Shown: piece after piece, positions 46,301 to 60,490 of the stretch
Numbering within the stretch: the stretch's first letter is position 1
How the letters are laid out: every line of letters starts with the position of its first letter
Origin: Vicugna vicugna
Taxonomy: Eukaryota
NCBI GenBank assembly: GCA_013265495.1
Contig: MU057744.1
Coordinates: 1,378,356 to 1,442,355 of the forward strand
Reading direction: 5' to 3'
Length of the DNA stretch: 64,000 bases
Notes under the pieces: model-generated
Databases searched by the model: none
Told to the model about the DNA's origin: nothing
Seen by the model: only the letters and a program-made list of their open reading frames with translations
Translations under genes and position numbers: made by a program

Positions 46301-46849
46301 ACCGTACTGGCTTAGAGAGGGAAGACCTAGAGGGGCTACTTCTTGGAGAAGTCGGGGCTGAGATGAGCTGGAGAAACCTTCCTGACACGCAGGCCCCAGC
46401 GGCTCCTCAGAAAAGCCTCACCCTTGCGGGGAAAAGGAGGGGCTATTCCGGACTTCCTGAGACACGGGGTCCTCTGGGCACAGGGTGTGCTCCCGTAGGC
46501 CCCAGGGAAGGGACTGTTGCTCCTCCTTCCCCTCTCTGTGGACTTTCCTGCAGCCAGGGAGGCAGGGACAATGACAGGGGCGGGGGGAGAATGCCAGTCA
46601 CAGCAGTGCAGCAGGCGGGGATTTACTCCACAATAATTAGCTACAAGGAAAGGCACTTTGCTTTACTATTTTTTTTAATTATATTTAGGTTTAGCTCCAA
46701 CTCCTGTTTATCAGGATTTTGAGTAATTGAATCTCCATCATGTGTATCTGGGGTAAGGGAGGTTGTGGGGGAGGGCCACCGCTTCCTAAGATGGCTCAGG
46801 AGGTCCCGGGGGTTAAGCCATAGGCTTCCGAGGACATTTGGAGGAAGCC

Positions 46850-47340
46850 GTGTTAGTTACCTGCAGCTGCTGTAACAAATAAGCACAACAGGGTGGCTAA
46901 AGACAGAAGCCGCAGTTCTTCCCATCCTGCCTGTATCCAGAAGCCTACAGCCCAGCGCTCAGCAGGGCACGTTTCCCCAGCAGGCTCTCACGGAGGGCCC
47001 CTGATCGCCTCTTCCAGCTTCTGGTGGCTCCTGACATTGCGGACCTGCCCTGGCCCGTGGCTGCCTCACTTGTCTCCCGCCGTCCTTGCATCGCCTCCCC
47101 TGCCGCGTCTTCTCTTTCCTGTTATGTCTCGTCTCCTCTCTCTCCTGTAAGCACAGCTGTGATGACGTTGAGGGCCCACCAAGACAATCGAGAATTCTCT
47201 CCTTGTCTCAAGACCCTCAACCACATCAGCCAAAGCCCCTTTTCCAACTAAGGGAACCTCCTCGGGCTCTGTGGACGTGACGTCGGGCTCTGCGGACGTG
47301 ACGTGGGGCTCTCCTGGGGAACCGTCTTCAGCACCACGAG
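46850..47340 (-). mobile_element. MaLR solo LTR (MLT1-like) with an internal 21-bp tandem repeat at 47262-47312
   Basis: 'tgttagttacctgcagctgctgtaacaaat...gcctcttccagcttctggtggct...tctcaagaccctcaaccacatcagccaaagcccc'. Confidence 0.8.
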
Positions 47341-49329
47341 GACCTCCGGGCTTCGGTCTGCCTTTGAACCGCTGAGATGCGGCGCTGGCCCGGAGCGCGC
47401 GGTCCTCTTCGAAGCCCCAGGCCTTCGTGTTCAGCCTCCTGTCATCCCACGTCCCTGCTGTTCAGGAATGCTCTCCTCTTCAGCCTCAGAGAGCGTCCTG
47501 TAGGACCTGCGTGTCTTCATTACCAGCCCAGTCTCCATTCTCCACCGTTTTCTCCTCCAAAAGAGCTGGACTCCCAAACAGACGGGCCCTTGCTGGCTGC
47601 AGAGCACAGCCCAGGGGTCTTGTGTGGTTCACGGGGCTCAGCCTGGGAGGAGGTGAGCTAAGACATGACAGAGAGAGACTGGGCTATAAAGGCTGAAAGA
47701 CGGGGCAGGGACGTGCTGGAGAGCAAGCCGGCGTGGATGGCGGCTACTCAGGGTGGATGAGGAGGGACAAGGGCGGGAAGCTGATGCTAACGCTGGTGTT
47801 GGTGGCAGCAGTGGCAGCAGCACCTACCGCATAGCGACTGTCACTTACGTGCACTCACTAAGCCATGCGCCTCCGCAGGCGCGCCTGGCTCACCGGCAGA
47901 ACGCCCCGCTCTGCAGAAGACAGCGCTCAGACTCCGAAGGACTGGGTACCTTAGTCAAGCTCACTGGTTAGTCAGGCCGAACCAGGACTGGCTCTTAGAT
48001 TCATGTGCGTCCGTAGGCTGTGCCTGGCCAAGTGTAAAGAACATTGCTTTCCTGTAAAAGCCATGGTCTGGCTCAGCCCACGTAGCTGATCGACCCAAAC
48101 CCTTCCCTCCCTGTCCTGACAGCGTCCGGGAACCGAGGGCACCCTTAACAGTGTGACACGGCACAGCCGCTCCAGTGTCCCCACTGACGCTCTGGACTGG
48201 CTGCTTCCGCCTCCTGAGGATTCCAGCCCCTCGAGGCGAACGACGACATTCCTCACACACTGAGGGGAGCAGGAGCTGCAGCGACAGCGCTTAGAAAACA
48301 CTCTGCAAGCGTCACTTTTCCTATCAGTGAGGGAGGAGGAGAGGCTTCTTACGTGAGAATAAGACAACGCTGCTAAGACCAACACTAATAAAGGGGTACA
48401 TTTATTAGGACACCACCCACCGGCCTCCGTGCCTGAGGTTCCGGAATGTAACTTTGTGGCTTCGTTTGTCGCCCTGCCTCTGACCTGCTCGTGCAAGAGG
48501 GCAAATGACAGAGCTGAGCACTGGGCTCGGGTTAGCTTCAGTTGTTAGGAGATGCTTCTATCGCAGAGTGAAGGGGGGACATGAGGGACCCCGTGACGTC
48601 CCGTCCGAGGGCTGTGAGCCTGCGGCAGGCAGGCTGTTAGGTTTTTACAGCTTTTTTATTCCTTCCTTAATTTTTTGTTTTCAAGATACATGCTTTTTTT
48701 TTTTTTAATGTGAGTTTGTGATTTAGACAGAACTGGGAGAGGCCAAATTTGGCTGTATTTTAAAACAAGATTCCTGTGTCCGGAAACCACATAGTGGAAG
48801 AATCTGAGGCCCCACGGGCGCTTTCGAGAGCTCTGGCCCCCTCCTCGCGTCTGACGACGGATGCCCTCCCTTTCAGGACTAACGTGGAGAATGGTGTCCA
48901 TCTGCTACATCAGTTTCCTATTTTAAAGAGATCGATGAGAGTGAAGTAATCTCCCAATTCATGTTTGTCTTAAAAATCTAAAGAACACTTTTGGGTAGGA
49001 GGCAAGGAAGGTGGAGCAAAACTGCAGTGGGTCCACGCCAAAATAAAGATGCCGTCAGGTTGCTGAAAAGAAGGAAAGGAAATTACAGAGGAGTGTGATC
49101 TGATACCGTCTCTTAAAAACGTGGTCACACATGAGTGCATGTCTGCAAAGCCCGGAGGCACCTGCCTCCAGGGTCAGGGATGCTTTACGCTTGCTCAGTG
49201 GTGGAAAGATGGTTTTATTTCTCTTCTTTCTCTATTTTCCATATTCTAAAATAAGCACGTACATTTCTAAATGCTTCTAAAATAGACATTGACAACCAGA
49301 AGCACAGAAAACAAGTAAGTTGCTGTCTC

Positions 49330-50017
49330 CTCTGGGGTGCCTCCCGTTCCTGCTCAGATGCTGAGATCCCCTCTGGAGGTGGTTTGGGGTGCAAGTCGCA
49401 CAGGCCCCTGGGTGACCCCGCCAGTTCTGACTGCGTCTCCATCTCTCCCACGCCTCGTGTCCAGCCCACTCACAGGTCCTGCGGTCTCTCAGTCTCCCGT
49501 CCGGCCTCTCCTCTCCCCCCACCTGCAGTAAGATGGGCACGGCTTCCCTGGAGTACACAGCAGCCTCCTAATGGCCTGCCTGCTCCTCCTTTTGCCCCTC
49601 ATCTCATCGACCACACACGTCCAGGCAGGAAGTGAGCCCCTATAGATGGACCTCAGCCACTTCCCTCGCTTGCTCAGAGCCCTCCACTGGTCCTCAACCG
49701 GCCAGTGAGGCCCTGCCTGGTCCGGCTGGCCCCAGCGTCCACAGTGACTTCACTTCCGCCCCACTGCCTCCCACAGCTCCCCTTCCAGCCTCCTCGTTTT
49801 TCCCAGAACCCCATGGATTCTCCTATTTTTGTGCTTGTCTTTTTCCCTTCTTTTATCGTTTTCACATGGGCTGCGTGTCACTTCTAGGAGCAGCTCTCCC
49901 TGACCCCACCCCCCATGTAAAACAGGACCTCAGTCCCTGGGTCCCTCCTTTGCTCTATTTTTCTTCAGGACACGCCTCTCTTCTGGGCCTAGAATGAATG
50001 AGTGAATGAATGAATGA
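49330..50017 (+). mobile_element. LINE-2 remnant
   Basis: 'cagcctcctaatggcctgcctgct' and 'tgctcagagccctccactgg', with a terminal (tgaa)n tail. Confidence 0.6.
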
Positions 50018-50699
50018 TGGACATACAGTCACTGTTACTGCCACATGGATCCAGGTTGTGCGGTTGCTTCCTTCAGAGGAACAGCAGTGCGTACTTGTCC
50101 TCTGCCAGAGAACACAGAGAAGTGAAGTCGTCACTGAGTCTGCCAGTCCCAGGGACAACTTTTACCTAAATGGCCTAGAAAATTGAGATCAAACTTTATT
50201 TTGACCCAAATATAGGAAGAACTGCGTCAATTTCCCTCCTCATTTTGCCCGTGGCAGCCACGCCCTAGTTTGCCAAGATACATTAGATCCCAGCAGAATG
50301 CAGTCATGGATCACTGGCCTAACTAGGGATGCGTAAACGAAGCTCCCATTATCTCTCTTCAAGATGAAACCTTAGATTTATACTCATGGCTGTTCACGTA
50401 CTTCAAACAGACAACTGTTTACATGCACAACATTATTTAAACAGAGAGCTTTCGTTTTAAGTCTTAAGTAACCCTATTCATACAGCAGACGCTTTGTCTA
50501 AATACCCAGAGCGCTCCTGGCTGTCTGTTTATTCACCGTGCGTGTGACCCGGCTCTGCCTCTTCCCTGTGTTGAGGGTATGTCCTCAATCGCATTTGAAA
50601 GGATGGAGTTTGTCTCATGTCCGCACCTGTCACATCCTTGGTGGCTGTTGCTTTTCTCTTCCTGCTCTATTCCTTTAGTCCAAGACAAAAATAAAAAAA

Positions 50700-52570
50700 T
50701 AAAATTAAAAAAAATTAACTGGAGAGAGATTTCACGCTTGTGGATCAGAAGAACTGATACTGTCTCGACATTGTTCCTTCCGCCTTGATGTGCGGATTCC
50801 ACTCAGTCCTAATCGAAATCACAGCAGTTACTTTGTGGCTATTGACAATTTGATTCTAAAATTTGTAGGAAAAGGCAAAAGACCCAGGATACCCAACGCA
50901 ATCCTGGAAAGGAAGACAAAGTTGGAAGGCTGGTATCACCAGACTGCAGGACGTCCTGTGACGCCACGGTAACTAGGACAGTGTGGTGTTGGTGAAAGAA
51001 CGGACAAGTAGATCAGCGGCACAGAATGGAGGGCCCAGAAACACACCCACACAAACGGGGCCAACTGGTCTTTGACAAAGGAGCGCAGGCAACACAACAG
51101 AGAAAGGTATTTTTTTCAACAAATGGTGTTGGAACAACTGCAAACCTAGACACAGATCACACGACTTTCCCACAAATTAACTCAAAATCCACCTTAAACC
51201 TAAGTCCAAAATGCAAAACTAAGTAAGTTCAAGAAGAAAACAGGAGAAAAATCTAGTGACCTTGGTCTTGGCATTGAGTTTTTACACACACCAAAAAACG
51301 ATCCACAAAAGAAAAACATAGATGCATTTGACTTTACGATCATTTGAAACCTCGGCTCTGTAAGAGATACTTCTAAGGGAGTGAAAAGAAAAGACACAGA
51401 CCGGGAGAAAGTATTTGCAAAATATCTGATAATGACTTACAGCCCAAATATACAAAGAAATCTTAAAACTCCACAGTAAGGAAACAAAGAACCCACCTAA
51501 AAAAATTAGGCAAAATATCTGAACAGGTGCCTCATCAAAGAAGATGCACAGATGACAAGTGAGTTGAAGGGAAAGGTGCTCAGCGTGGTCTGGCATTAGG
51601 GGATTGCCAGTTAAAACGACGCGAGTTACTGCTACACGCTTAATTAAAATGGCCAGAATGCAGCAAAGTGACAATAACAGATGCTGAAGTCTTTCCTAAC
51701 GTGTGTTTAGAATAGATTGCATGGAACGTGTATCCTTGAGAGAGGTGAGAGGAGAGCGGACACTTGCAGCACAAGAACAACCGAGGCTACTCAAGAACAA
51801 TAAGGAATTCCTCCATGTCAACAGGAAAAACCATCCAGTGCGGGAAAATGAGCAAAGGATATAAACATGCATTTCGCCTAAGACCAGCACGTAAGGAGGC
51901 TAAACCGCGGGGCACCATGCAGCCTGTGCACGAGCGGACACCATGTCACACTGACGTGACTGTGCAGTGCCACGTGTCAGAGACGGAGCAGTCACGTGGC
52001 CCCTGGGGACCTGACGTAGCGCAGCCACTTGGAGGACAGTTTGGCACCATCTGTCCACTTGGACGTTTGCATGTCTGCAGTTCCACCTCCAGGTAGACAG
52101 CCAAGAGAATCGGTGGTGTGTGTGCATCAAGACACACGTACAAGGCTGTTCGTAGAATTCCTCTTCTGATAGTGAGAAAAACATGGAAACAACCCGATGT
52201 TTTCTGACAAGAGAATAGATAAATACAGATAAATACATCGTGGAATAGCCACACAATGGAATGTCACGGCACAGAAGACAGGTGAACTCCAGCCACGTGC
52301 CACAACGTGGGAGCATCCTAGCTCTGAAACGTTAAAGAGCCAGCAAAATCAAGCAATACATCGGGTAGACATACACACGTGTGGGATAAAACAAAAAAAG
52401 AAAAAGGAAAAAAAGGGTAGGGATCCGAAACACACATTCACAGTATTAACTTCCCGCAGGAGGCAGGCAGGGGGATGGGGGGTGGGCGAGCACGCAGGGG
52501 TGTGTGTATCACGGGTAACGTTTTAACTCTCGGGTGAGCTTGGCTCGCTGTTGTTTGTTATCAGATGAAA
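50700..52570 (+). mobile_element. Old LINE-1 ORF2/3' remnants (probably two nested L1M elements)
   Basis: Translations IDNLILKFVGKGKRPRI and QLVFDKGA, plus 'gggagaaagtatttgcaaaat' and 'ggacagtttggcaccatct'. Confidence 0.85.
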
Positions 52571-55500
52571 ATAAGTAAGGCAAGTAGAAAGGGCCAATGA
52601 CGACACACGTCACGAGCCAAGGAGTGTGCTTGGAAGAGCTTCTCCTCAACCCGGACCCCTCGACCCCGCACGCAGTGCCCTGGGGGAGGCCTCCCGGCCG
52701 GCTGCCTGTCCTCAGTGCCCACAGCTCCCCGCATCGCTCATTTCTCGTGTTATCACTGTATATCCCTGTAGCCACCTACCTCTAAGTTTGTATACGATTC
52801 TGGCGTTGCCTCAGAGCTTCACTTATTATTGTAATTTTAAGAGTGAACCACAGTCAGGCAGAGTGGATGAGAGCAGGAAGGCGAGGGCGCCAGCTTGCTG
52901 CCCAGTCTCCCTCAGGCTGACCATCGCATCAGCCCACGCTTCTCACCCCTGTGCCTTTGGGTATGAGAATAATGCCTGGTGTTTCATCAGCAGATGGAAC
53001 ACAACAAGGAACCCGGAGGCAGGCAGCCCCGGAGGTGGCTAACGCGCTGGTTCACCAGGGCGGGACGCTGGGTCAGCCCCCGGGCTGCTCTCGGCTCTGC
53101 CTTCCCGGTGGCAGGAGGTGGCTGCGGGGCCAGCACTGAGGCCTCCCTTGGCGGCACCCGCACAGGAAGGAGGAGGGGGCTCTTCCTCAGCTGCCTCCCT
53201 CCTGCACCAGGGAGGGCGACCCCATCAGAGGGCTGGCCGTCCTCAGCCGCAGTGCTTCCCTTCAGGTGTCTTGAGTGCAAATCGGCTCAGGTCTTTTCTC
53301 AAAGCAGCGAAGAAGGGATGGGCTCTCTACCACTCCTTTAGACCCATCAGCTTCTTTCCTGGGCACCAGACGTAAAGCCGCCTCCCACCTGGACACCCTG
53401 GGATTCAGCCTGGCACGTTGTCAAGGGGCCAGACAGCACACCTGCCACCCAAGGGCTCCCATATGTCCCCCAGAGTTGGCGCCGTAGTGGCAGCGACAAC
53501 GCATGGCCCTGCACAGTTGGCGACGCGGTCACACGCGTTGGTTCACACGATTCTCCCTGCAGCCAGGAGAGAGGCTAGCTTATCTCTGAAAGGGACGTGG
53601 CAGAAAGGCAGACTGAGGACGGCAGTGGTGAAGGATTTCCCAGGGTCCTGCAGCCTCGCAGAGCTGGAAATACAGCAGGCGTTTCTCACCTGAGTGTCTC
53701 ACATCTTTCTTCCTCTCCTTCCGATGGGCCCGTCGTAGGGAAACTGGCAGCTCACGGATGGAGCCGGACTGCAAGTTCTCTGAATTCCCTCTGCGAGCCG
53801 ACGCCCCGCGTGCTCCCGCAGATGTAGAGATGGGCATAGGCAGCTGCAGGGAAGGAGTGGGCGGTGAAGTGAGATTTTCACACAGACACGTCTTGTGCAG
53901 AGCAAGCGAGGCCTAAGCAGAGGGTGACGCTCCACAGCAGAGGAGCAGACGGAGGCTGCAGACGTGGGAAGGCTGCGCTCGGCCCGCGTGCCGTCCAAGA
54001 GCCCAAATGGCGTCCCGGCAGTCCAGATACCTGGCAGACTGGGCCTGTCGGTGGGAGCCGGCCCCCAGCTTCCCCGTATCGATCTAAACCAAGTAGACAG
54101 GGGTGGTGGCTCCAAGGACGTGCAGACAACAAGGAGCGCGTCTGAGTCCTGGTCACAGCGGGCGGCTGACGGCAGCAAGCGCCCCCCGGATTACAGCCCG
54201 CCGCCTCCTGGCGCCAGCTCCCCCCTGGTCCCGGGCCCGGCTTCACCCCAGAGCCAGCGGGGAACCGTCCTGTGATGCTCCCAGAGTGGCTGTGACAGGC
54301 TGCCCTGGAAGCGTCTTCTTCATATCAAGAGGCATAGAAAAGTTAAGGTCACTTACACCACGGACTCCGCTCTTGAGGCTTCATATTAAGGAAATAACTG
54401 AAGTGAAAGAAAAGAGCTCAGGTCCGGTGGTGGCCGTTCCTTTGTTATCCACGTGGGAGTGCAGAGCGGGACGTGACCTCAGCCCTCACCAGCAGGAAGT
54501 CACCACGTGATCCACTCAACGGAAATTAAAAAGTGTGACTGCAGAGACGGGGATTCATCCAAAGAGCATCTACTGAACGCCAGCAGTATGCCAAGCGCCA
54601 CTTCAGACACTGAAACCGCGAGCAGAACAGACCAGGGCCTTGCTCTTGTTCAGTTTACGCTCCAGCGTGTGTGGCAGAGGAGAGCTCATGCAACAGGCAA
54701 AAAGTGGATGATTCAGAATTAAGTGGAAAACGCAGAAGAGAAAGATTGCACGTGTAATACGATTCTTCCCATGCCATGGACTCAACTCTGTGAACAAGGA
54801 TTGGAAGGAAGCCAGGAGAAGTAGCTGATGGGGTGACGCAGCTGTGAACAACTTCTTTCCATTACTGTTGTTCCAATGTTTTTAGTGAAATATTTTTAAA
54901 AAATGAAAATGGGGACAAAATCCTCTGATGTTTTTAGCATTCACTGCCCTATTTCACAGGGCGTGTGTTTCTCTGACTGTAGAGCTAAAACAGAAAGTGT
55001 AGCACAGACACGCCCGAGGAAGGAAGGAAGGAGAGAGGGAGGGAGGGCTGTGGAGGGGGAGATGCGAAGGAAGGCGGAAGACTGGACGCACCTTTTGGGC
55101 TGGTTTCTGGCTTTAACCAGACCCCTTGTTGTTCACACTTGTCTCTCGAGGCTCCACGCCCATGAGATTGAAGTGGAAGATGTAAAAGGTCACCCAGACA
55201 AAATGATGCGTTTGATGAATACGGACCTTTATGTTGCCACCACCGTAGTGGACCAGTGCAGTCCAGTCAAAGCAAGTTTTCCAAACGGCTGCAAAACTAG
55301 CAAGCATTTGGTGACGACCTGCAGCCGAATTCAGTCACAACCTTTCAGCTGCAAGGCTGACTAAATGTGGAAACCATGCGTGTTTTCAAGTCCCAGCCAC
55401 TCAGCCACCCCGACACAGATGACCCCATGTCGACTTTAGTGCTGACAGTGAACGGCTGGGATGTGTTTCTTTAAAACATCTCCTTGCTTGTGTTCTGGAT

Positions 55501-56889
55501 CCGGCCGTCATCTGTTCTGGGTTTCAGGCGTTCGGGTCACGAAAGAACGCAGAGCACTTCGGGTGAAGAGGTGAGAGTCCCCAGCCCTCTTCTGGCTGCT
55601 CGGCGGCGTCTACCATCTGCTCCTTGCTCTCCGGCCACTTAGAGTTGCCCCTGCCGCTTCCCCGGCTGTGCACTCGTCCCCAGGCCCCGCCGAGCTCCCC
55701 CGTGCGCTGCCCTGCCCTGGGGGGCAGCTGCCGGCTCCTGGCCGGCTGCGTTTCTGAGAGCAGCAGGACGGTCCTTGCAGGTGGCTGGTGCAGGCATTTG
55801 CAGCTTGCCAACTGCTTTGAGATACGAAGCTAAAAATACACGTGTGCGTGCATGTGTGCGCGCGTGTGATTCCCCGTGATGACAAGCAGCAAGGAAACAG
55901 CGACAAGGGGACACATGCTGTTGCGGCTGCCGCACAATGATCGTCAGCAGACAGTGTTTGCTAAGTGCGTCTCTGCGGCGGGTGTGAGGGCATCGTGCGC
56001 GGGTCCTCACGAGATGAAGCCCAGGCTCCTCCTTTCTTCTCCCTGCGCCCGCCGCCAGCATGACCTCGCCTTTCACTAGCTCTCGACTCGGGCGTTTCGT
56101 TTTGGTTTCCGTACCTGGACTTGAACAGTCAATGTTTTGAAAGAGAAAGGGAGTGCTGCGGTCAGAGAGGGCGGCTTCACACGCGGAGGCTCCATCCTCA
56201 CGCCTTCTCGAGGCGCAGGAGGGGATGGGCGCTGAGCCTGGGGGGCCCTGACACGAGTGGCCCCCTCCCACGGGGAGGAGACTAAGCGCTTCTGCCTCAG
56301 GAGAGGCCTCCCTGCGAAGCACGTGGTGCTGCCGCCACAGATGCACCAGGTCGGCTGCTGCCCTAGGAGCGCGGGGCCGGAGGGGGCCTTGGCTAGGGCC
56401 GCACCCTTCCCACGTGACCCTCCTCCAGGGGCTGGCCGGGGTAGGGGTCCAAGGGCGTAGCCAGTTTGGATCAGCGTGGGAGGGGGACTGCAGCGTCCCC
56501 CCAGCATGTCACGGCGGGAGCTCAGCGAGTCCCCTGGCCCTGGGTTCTGAGAGGGTTGGGCCAAGGAGGCCTGAAGATGTGACTGGAGGGGGTTAAGAAG
56601 ATGGTTACTAGCACGTGGGGCCCTGGGGGAAAGGAGATGCGCCAACAACGAGGATACCACTCACCTTACCAACACCCTAGCCCATCGGGAGGGATCGGCC
56701 CCGCAAAGAATCACACCGCTTGCCAGTTCCCAGAGCCCACCCACCTTGGACCTGAAACCCGCCGGCTGACAGTCTGTGCCCTCGAGACGAAGGACCTTGT
56801 AGCAGCACGACAGATGTACATGGCACAGCCAACCCACAGGGGGGGCTGAGGACTACTGACTATTGGGCGCAGAGCCCTCCTTGACGTTC

Positions 56890-57220
56890 GTTATGGAGTC
56901 AACCTCCATGCCCCGCCAAATCCATGCGTTGGAACCTTGAGCCCCAGCTTGGTGGTATTTGGAGCCTCTGGGGGTAACTCGGGGTAGATGAGGTCGTGAG
57001 GTGGAGCCTTTGTGGGGGGATTAGTGCCCTTGTAAGAGGGGACACCAGAGTGCTGCACTCTCTCTGCCTCGCGAAGGCACAGCGGAAGGCGGCGACCGCA
57101 GAACCCACCGGGCTGGCGCCCTGCCCCTGGCTCCCAGCCTCCAGGGCGGAGGAGGAATGCTTGCTGTTTGAGCCACTCAGTCTGAGCTGTTTGTCTCAGT
57201 GGCGCGAGGAGATGGACACA
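56890..57220 (+). mobile_element. MaLR solo LTR (MLT1A-like)
   Basis: 'tggtatttggag...gtagatgaggtcgtgaggtggagcc...gggattagtgcccttgtaagag...cccagcctccag...ctgtttgagccactcagtct'. Confidence 0.8.
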
Positions 57221-58507
57221 ACACTGACACTCAGGGACCAGGACGGCATCCCGGCCCTGCCACGGCGGGGCCCGTGGGAGCTGGGTGACAGTGTGACACT
57301 GACTTGCGAGGACCTCTTTTTTATTGTGGATGTCAGCCCTCTGTGTGTTATGTATGAATAACACGGACACTTCCCTACTCTGCTGTTTGTCGAAATTCTT
57401 AAACATTTACTTCTTTTGCCAGTTAGTGCTTGAAGTGTTCGTGTGCAGAAGTGGGCTGCGCCGTCCCCGCTCCCCCCGCGTCCCCCGCGGAGCCGCCCGG
57501 CGCCCTTGCAGGAGGCCCCCGCAGGCCCCCTCGGGTGGTGCCCCGCTGCCCCTGCCGTGCCGCTCAGGGTGGGCGCGGGCCTTGCCGGGCTGGTGCTGAG
57601 CGAGAGCGGGAGCGTGTAGCTGGGCCCAAGGCTTCAGAAGGGCTGAGAGCCCCCTGCAAGAGGTCAGGGGCTTGGATCTCCTCACAATTTTCAGCAGGAT
57701 TTTAGTAGTTATCGCTGTCTCTTCAGCAGCATTTCACGCCGTTACACCCCGTTTGTCCGGGAAGCTCCCCGTTCTGTGGCTCTCTGCTGCTTTGCCCCTT
57801 CATGACCCTGCTTATCCTGGGCCACTCCTCTCCTGTCCCCATGGGTCCCCTGTGGTCTCCTCTCCGCCCAAGTAAACGTTCCTCAAACTTCTGCCCTTGG
57901 CCTATTTCTCTGCTTTCCCCCTGACTTCCTAAGAGAGATTATTCACTCTTACACCTTCGGCTGTAGGTCTCTCCCAGAACCCACCTCTGACCACTTTCTG
58001 GAGTTCTAAATTTCTGACTGCTTGCTAAACACCATCACCCAAATGTCCGACCAATGCACTGAATTCAGCCTATTCAAAATGGATCTCATCAGCGTCCTCC
58101 TAAGCAGTTCCGCCTCCTAGCCAGTGTTCCCCAGGCGCCAAGTGTCAGAACTTCAGAGGCATCCATCGGTTACCCTTGATGCCTCCCTTCCCCTCAGGCC
58201 GCACATGCAGTTTGGCCTTTACAGTGTCTTTGGAAGATCTTTCAACTTCTGGACCTTCTGCAGACCCTGCGCACCTGCAGCTCCGGCCCGTCTGTTCTCC
58301 TGTCCGTGGGTGGAAAGCCTTACTGTTGCTCTGGCCTCTCGAGTGTCTCCATCAGCCTCTCCAGGGGCCCTTTCCCACCCCTTCCTCCATCTGGGTCCTT
58401 CTCGCTTCTGTCTTCAAACTTCGCCTTTCTGTCAGTCCCGTAACATCCTTCAAATCTATAGAGAAAGGGTTGTCTGTATTATCTTTATCAATACCTTCCT
58501 CCTACTC

Positions 58508-60490
58508 ATTTTTTCCATTGAAATATAATCCACATACCATGAAATCCACCTTTTTGAAGTGTACGGTTCAGTGGTTTTTCTGCATTCACAAGGTTGTACA
58601 GCAGTCCTCCCCATCTAATTCCAGAATGTTCTCATCACCCCAAAAAGAAAGCCCCTACCCTTCAGCGGTCACCCCCCATTCTCCCCTTCCCCCGGCTCCT
58701 GCAAACGCTAGTCTGCTTTCTGTTGCTCTGGATGTGCCTAATCTGGACGTTTCATGTCAATGCAATGATGCAACACATGGTCATTAGTGACTGGCTGCTT
58801 TCACTTAGTGTAACGTTGTCAAGGTTCACCCAGTGCTGTGGCTGCCCGGAAAGGAATTTTTTTCTATTTTATGGCCTAGTCATATTCCATTGAATGGATA
58901 TACCACATTTTGTTTACCTGTCTGTTCATCAACAGATACTTGGATTGCTTCTATCTTTTGGATATTCGGAATAATGCTGCTATAAATATTCATGTACAAG
59001 TTTTTGTCTGAAGACTTGCTTTCAGTTCTCTTGGGTATATACATAGGATGGGAGTGGAATTGCTGGGTCTATGTTTGACTTTTTGAGAGTGTTTCTCAGA
59101 GTGGCACAGAGTGACCGCACCATTTTACATCCCTCCCATCAGTGTATGAGGGCTCCAATTTCTCTACATCCTTGCTGTCTTTTTTGTTCTAGGCACACTA
59201 GTGGGTACGAAGTGGTGTCTTATTGGGGTTTTGATTTACATTGTCCTAATAACCAGTGATACTGCATATGTGTGTGTGTGTATTGGCCACTTTCATATCT
59301 TTGGAGAAATGTCTATTCAAATTCTTTGTCGATTTTTTTCTATTAACTATTTTTTAAGATTAAAGTCTGTTTTATTTTTTGTTGGTTTTTGTCAATTTTT
59401 TAAAAAAACTGACACATAATTGACATTTAACATTATATTAGTTTCAGATGTATAACATAATGGTTCAATTATTTGTCTACATTAAGAAACCATCACCGCA
59501 GTAAGTCTAGTGAACATCCATCATGACGCATAGTTACAGTTTTTCCCTTGTGATGAGAACTGTTAAGATCAACTCTCTTAGCAGCTTTTAAATGTACAGT
59601 ACAGTATTGTTAACCATGTCACCACACAGTACATCACATCCCCAGGACTTACTTATTTTATAACTGGAAGTTTGTACCTTTTGACCACCTTCATTCATTT
59701 CATCAACCCCCGAACCCCCACCTCTGGCCATCACCAATCTCTTCTCTGTCTCTGTGACTTCAGGTTTTTGTTCTTGTCTTTTGGACTCCACCTAAAAGTG
59801 AGATGGTATGGTATTTGCCTTTCTCTGACTTATCTCACTTAGCATAATGCCTTCAAGGTCCATCCATGTTGTTGCAAATGGCAGGATTTCCTGTTTTATG
59901 GCTGAATAAAATTTCTGTGTGTGTATGTGTGTTTAATCATATTTTCCTCATTCATTTATCTACTGGTGGACACTTAGGCTGTTTCCATGTCTTGGCTGTT
60001 GTAAACAGGGCTGCAGTGAACATTGGAGTACCTATATCTTTTTGAGTTGGTGTTTTCATTTCCTTTGGGCAGATACCAAGAGGTTGGACTGCTGGATCAT
60101 ATGGTAGTTCTATTTTTAAATTTTTTTAGGAACTTGCATCTTTTTTTCCTTAGCAGCTGCATCAATTTACATTCCCACCAACAGTGCACAAGTTTCCCCT
60201 TTTCTCAACATCCTCACCAACCCTATTTCTTGTCTCTTTGGTAACAGCCGTTCTAACAGGTATGAGGGGCTATCTCATCGTGGTTTTGACTTGCATTTCT
60301 CTGATGATGAGTGATGTTGACCACTTATTCTTGTATCTGTGGCCATCTGAATGTCTTCCTTGGAAAAATGTCTCTCCAGATCCTCTGCTCGTTTTTTAAT
60401 CAGATAGCCTGTTTTTCTGCTATTCGGTTGTATGAGTTCTTCATATATTTTGGGTATTAACCTTTCATTAGATATATGATTTGCAAATGA
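58508..60490 (-). mobile_element. Two LINE-1 3' fragments (L1MB-like 58508-59345; L1MA9-like 59398-60490)
   Basis: 'ttgaaatataatccacataccatgaaatccacctttttgaagtgtacggttcagtgg' and 'acataattgacatttaacattatattagtttcag...tttacattcccaccaacagtgcacaag'. Confidence 0.9.

Noticed and set aside
33202..58787. Many long ORFs (e.g. 36613-37224, 44407-45063, 55639-56346, 58176-58787)
   Set aside because: They are overlapping, P/G/R/A/S-rich translations expected by chance in GC-rich DNA. Several run across repeats, and none shows homology or exon structure.
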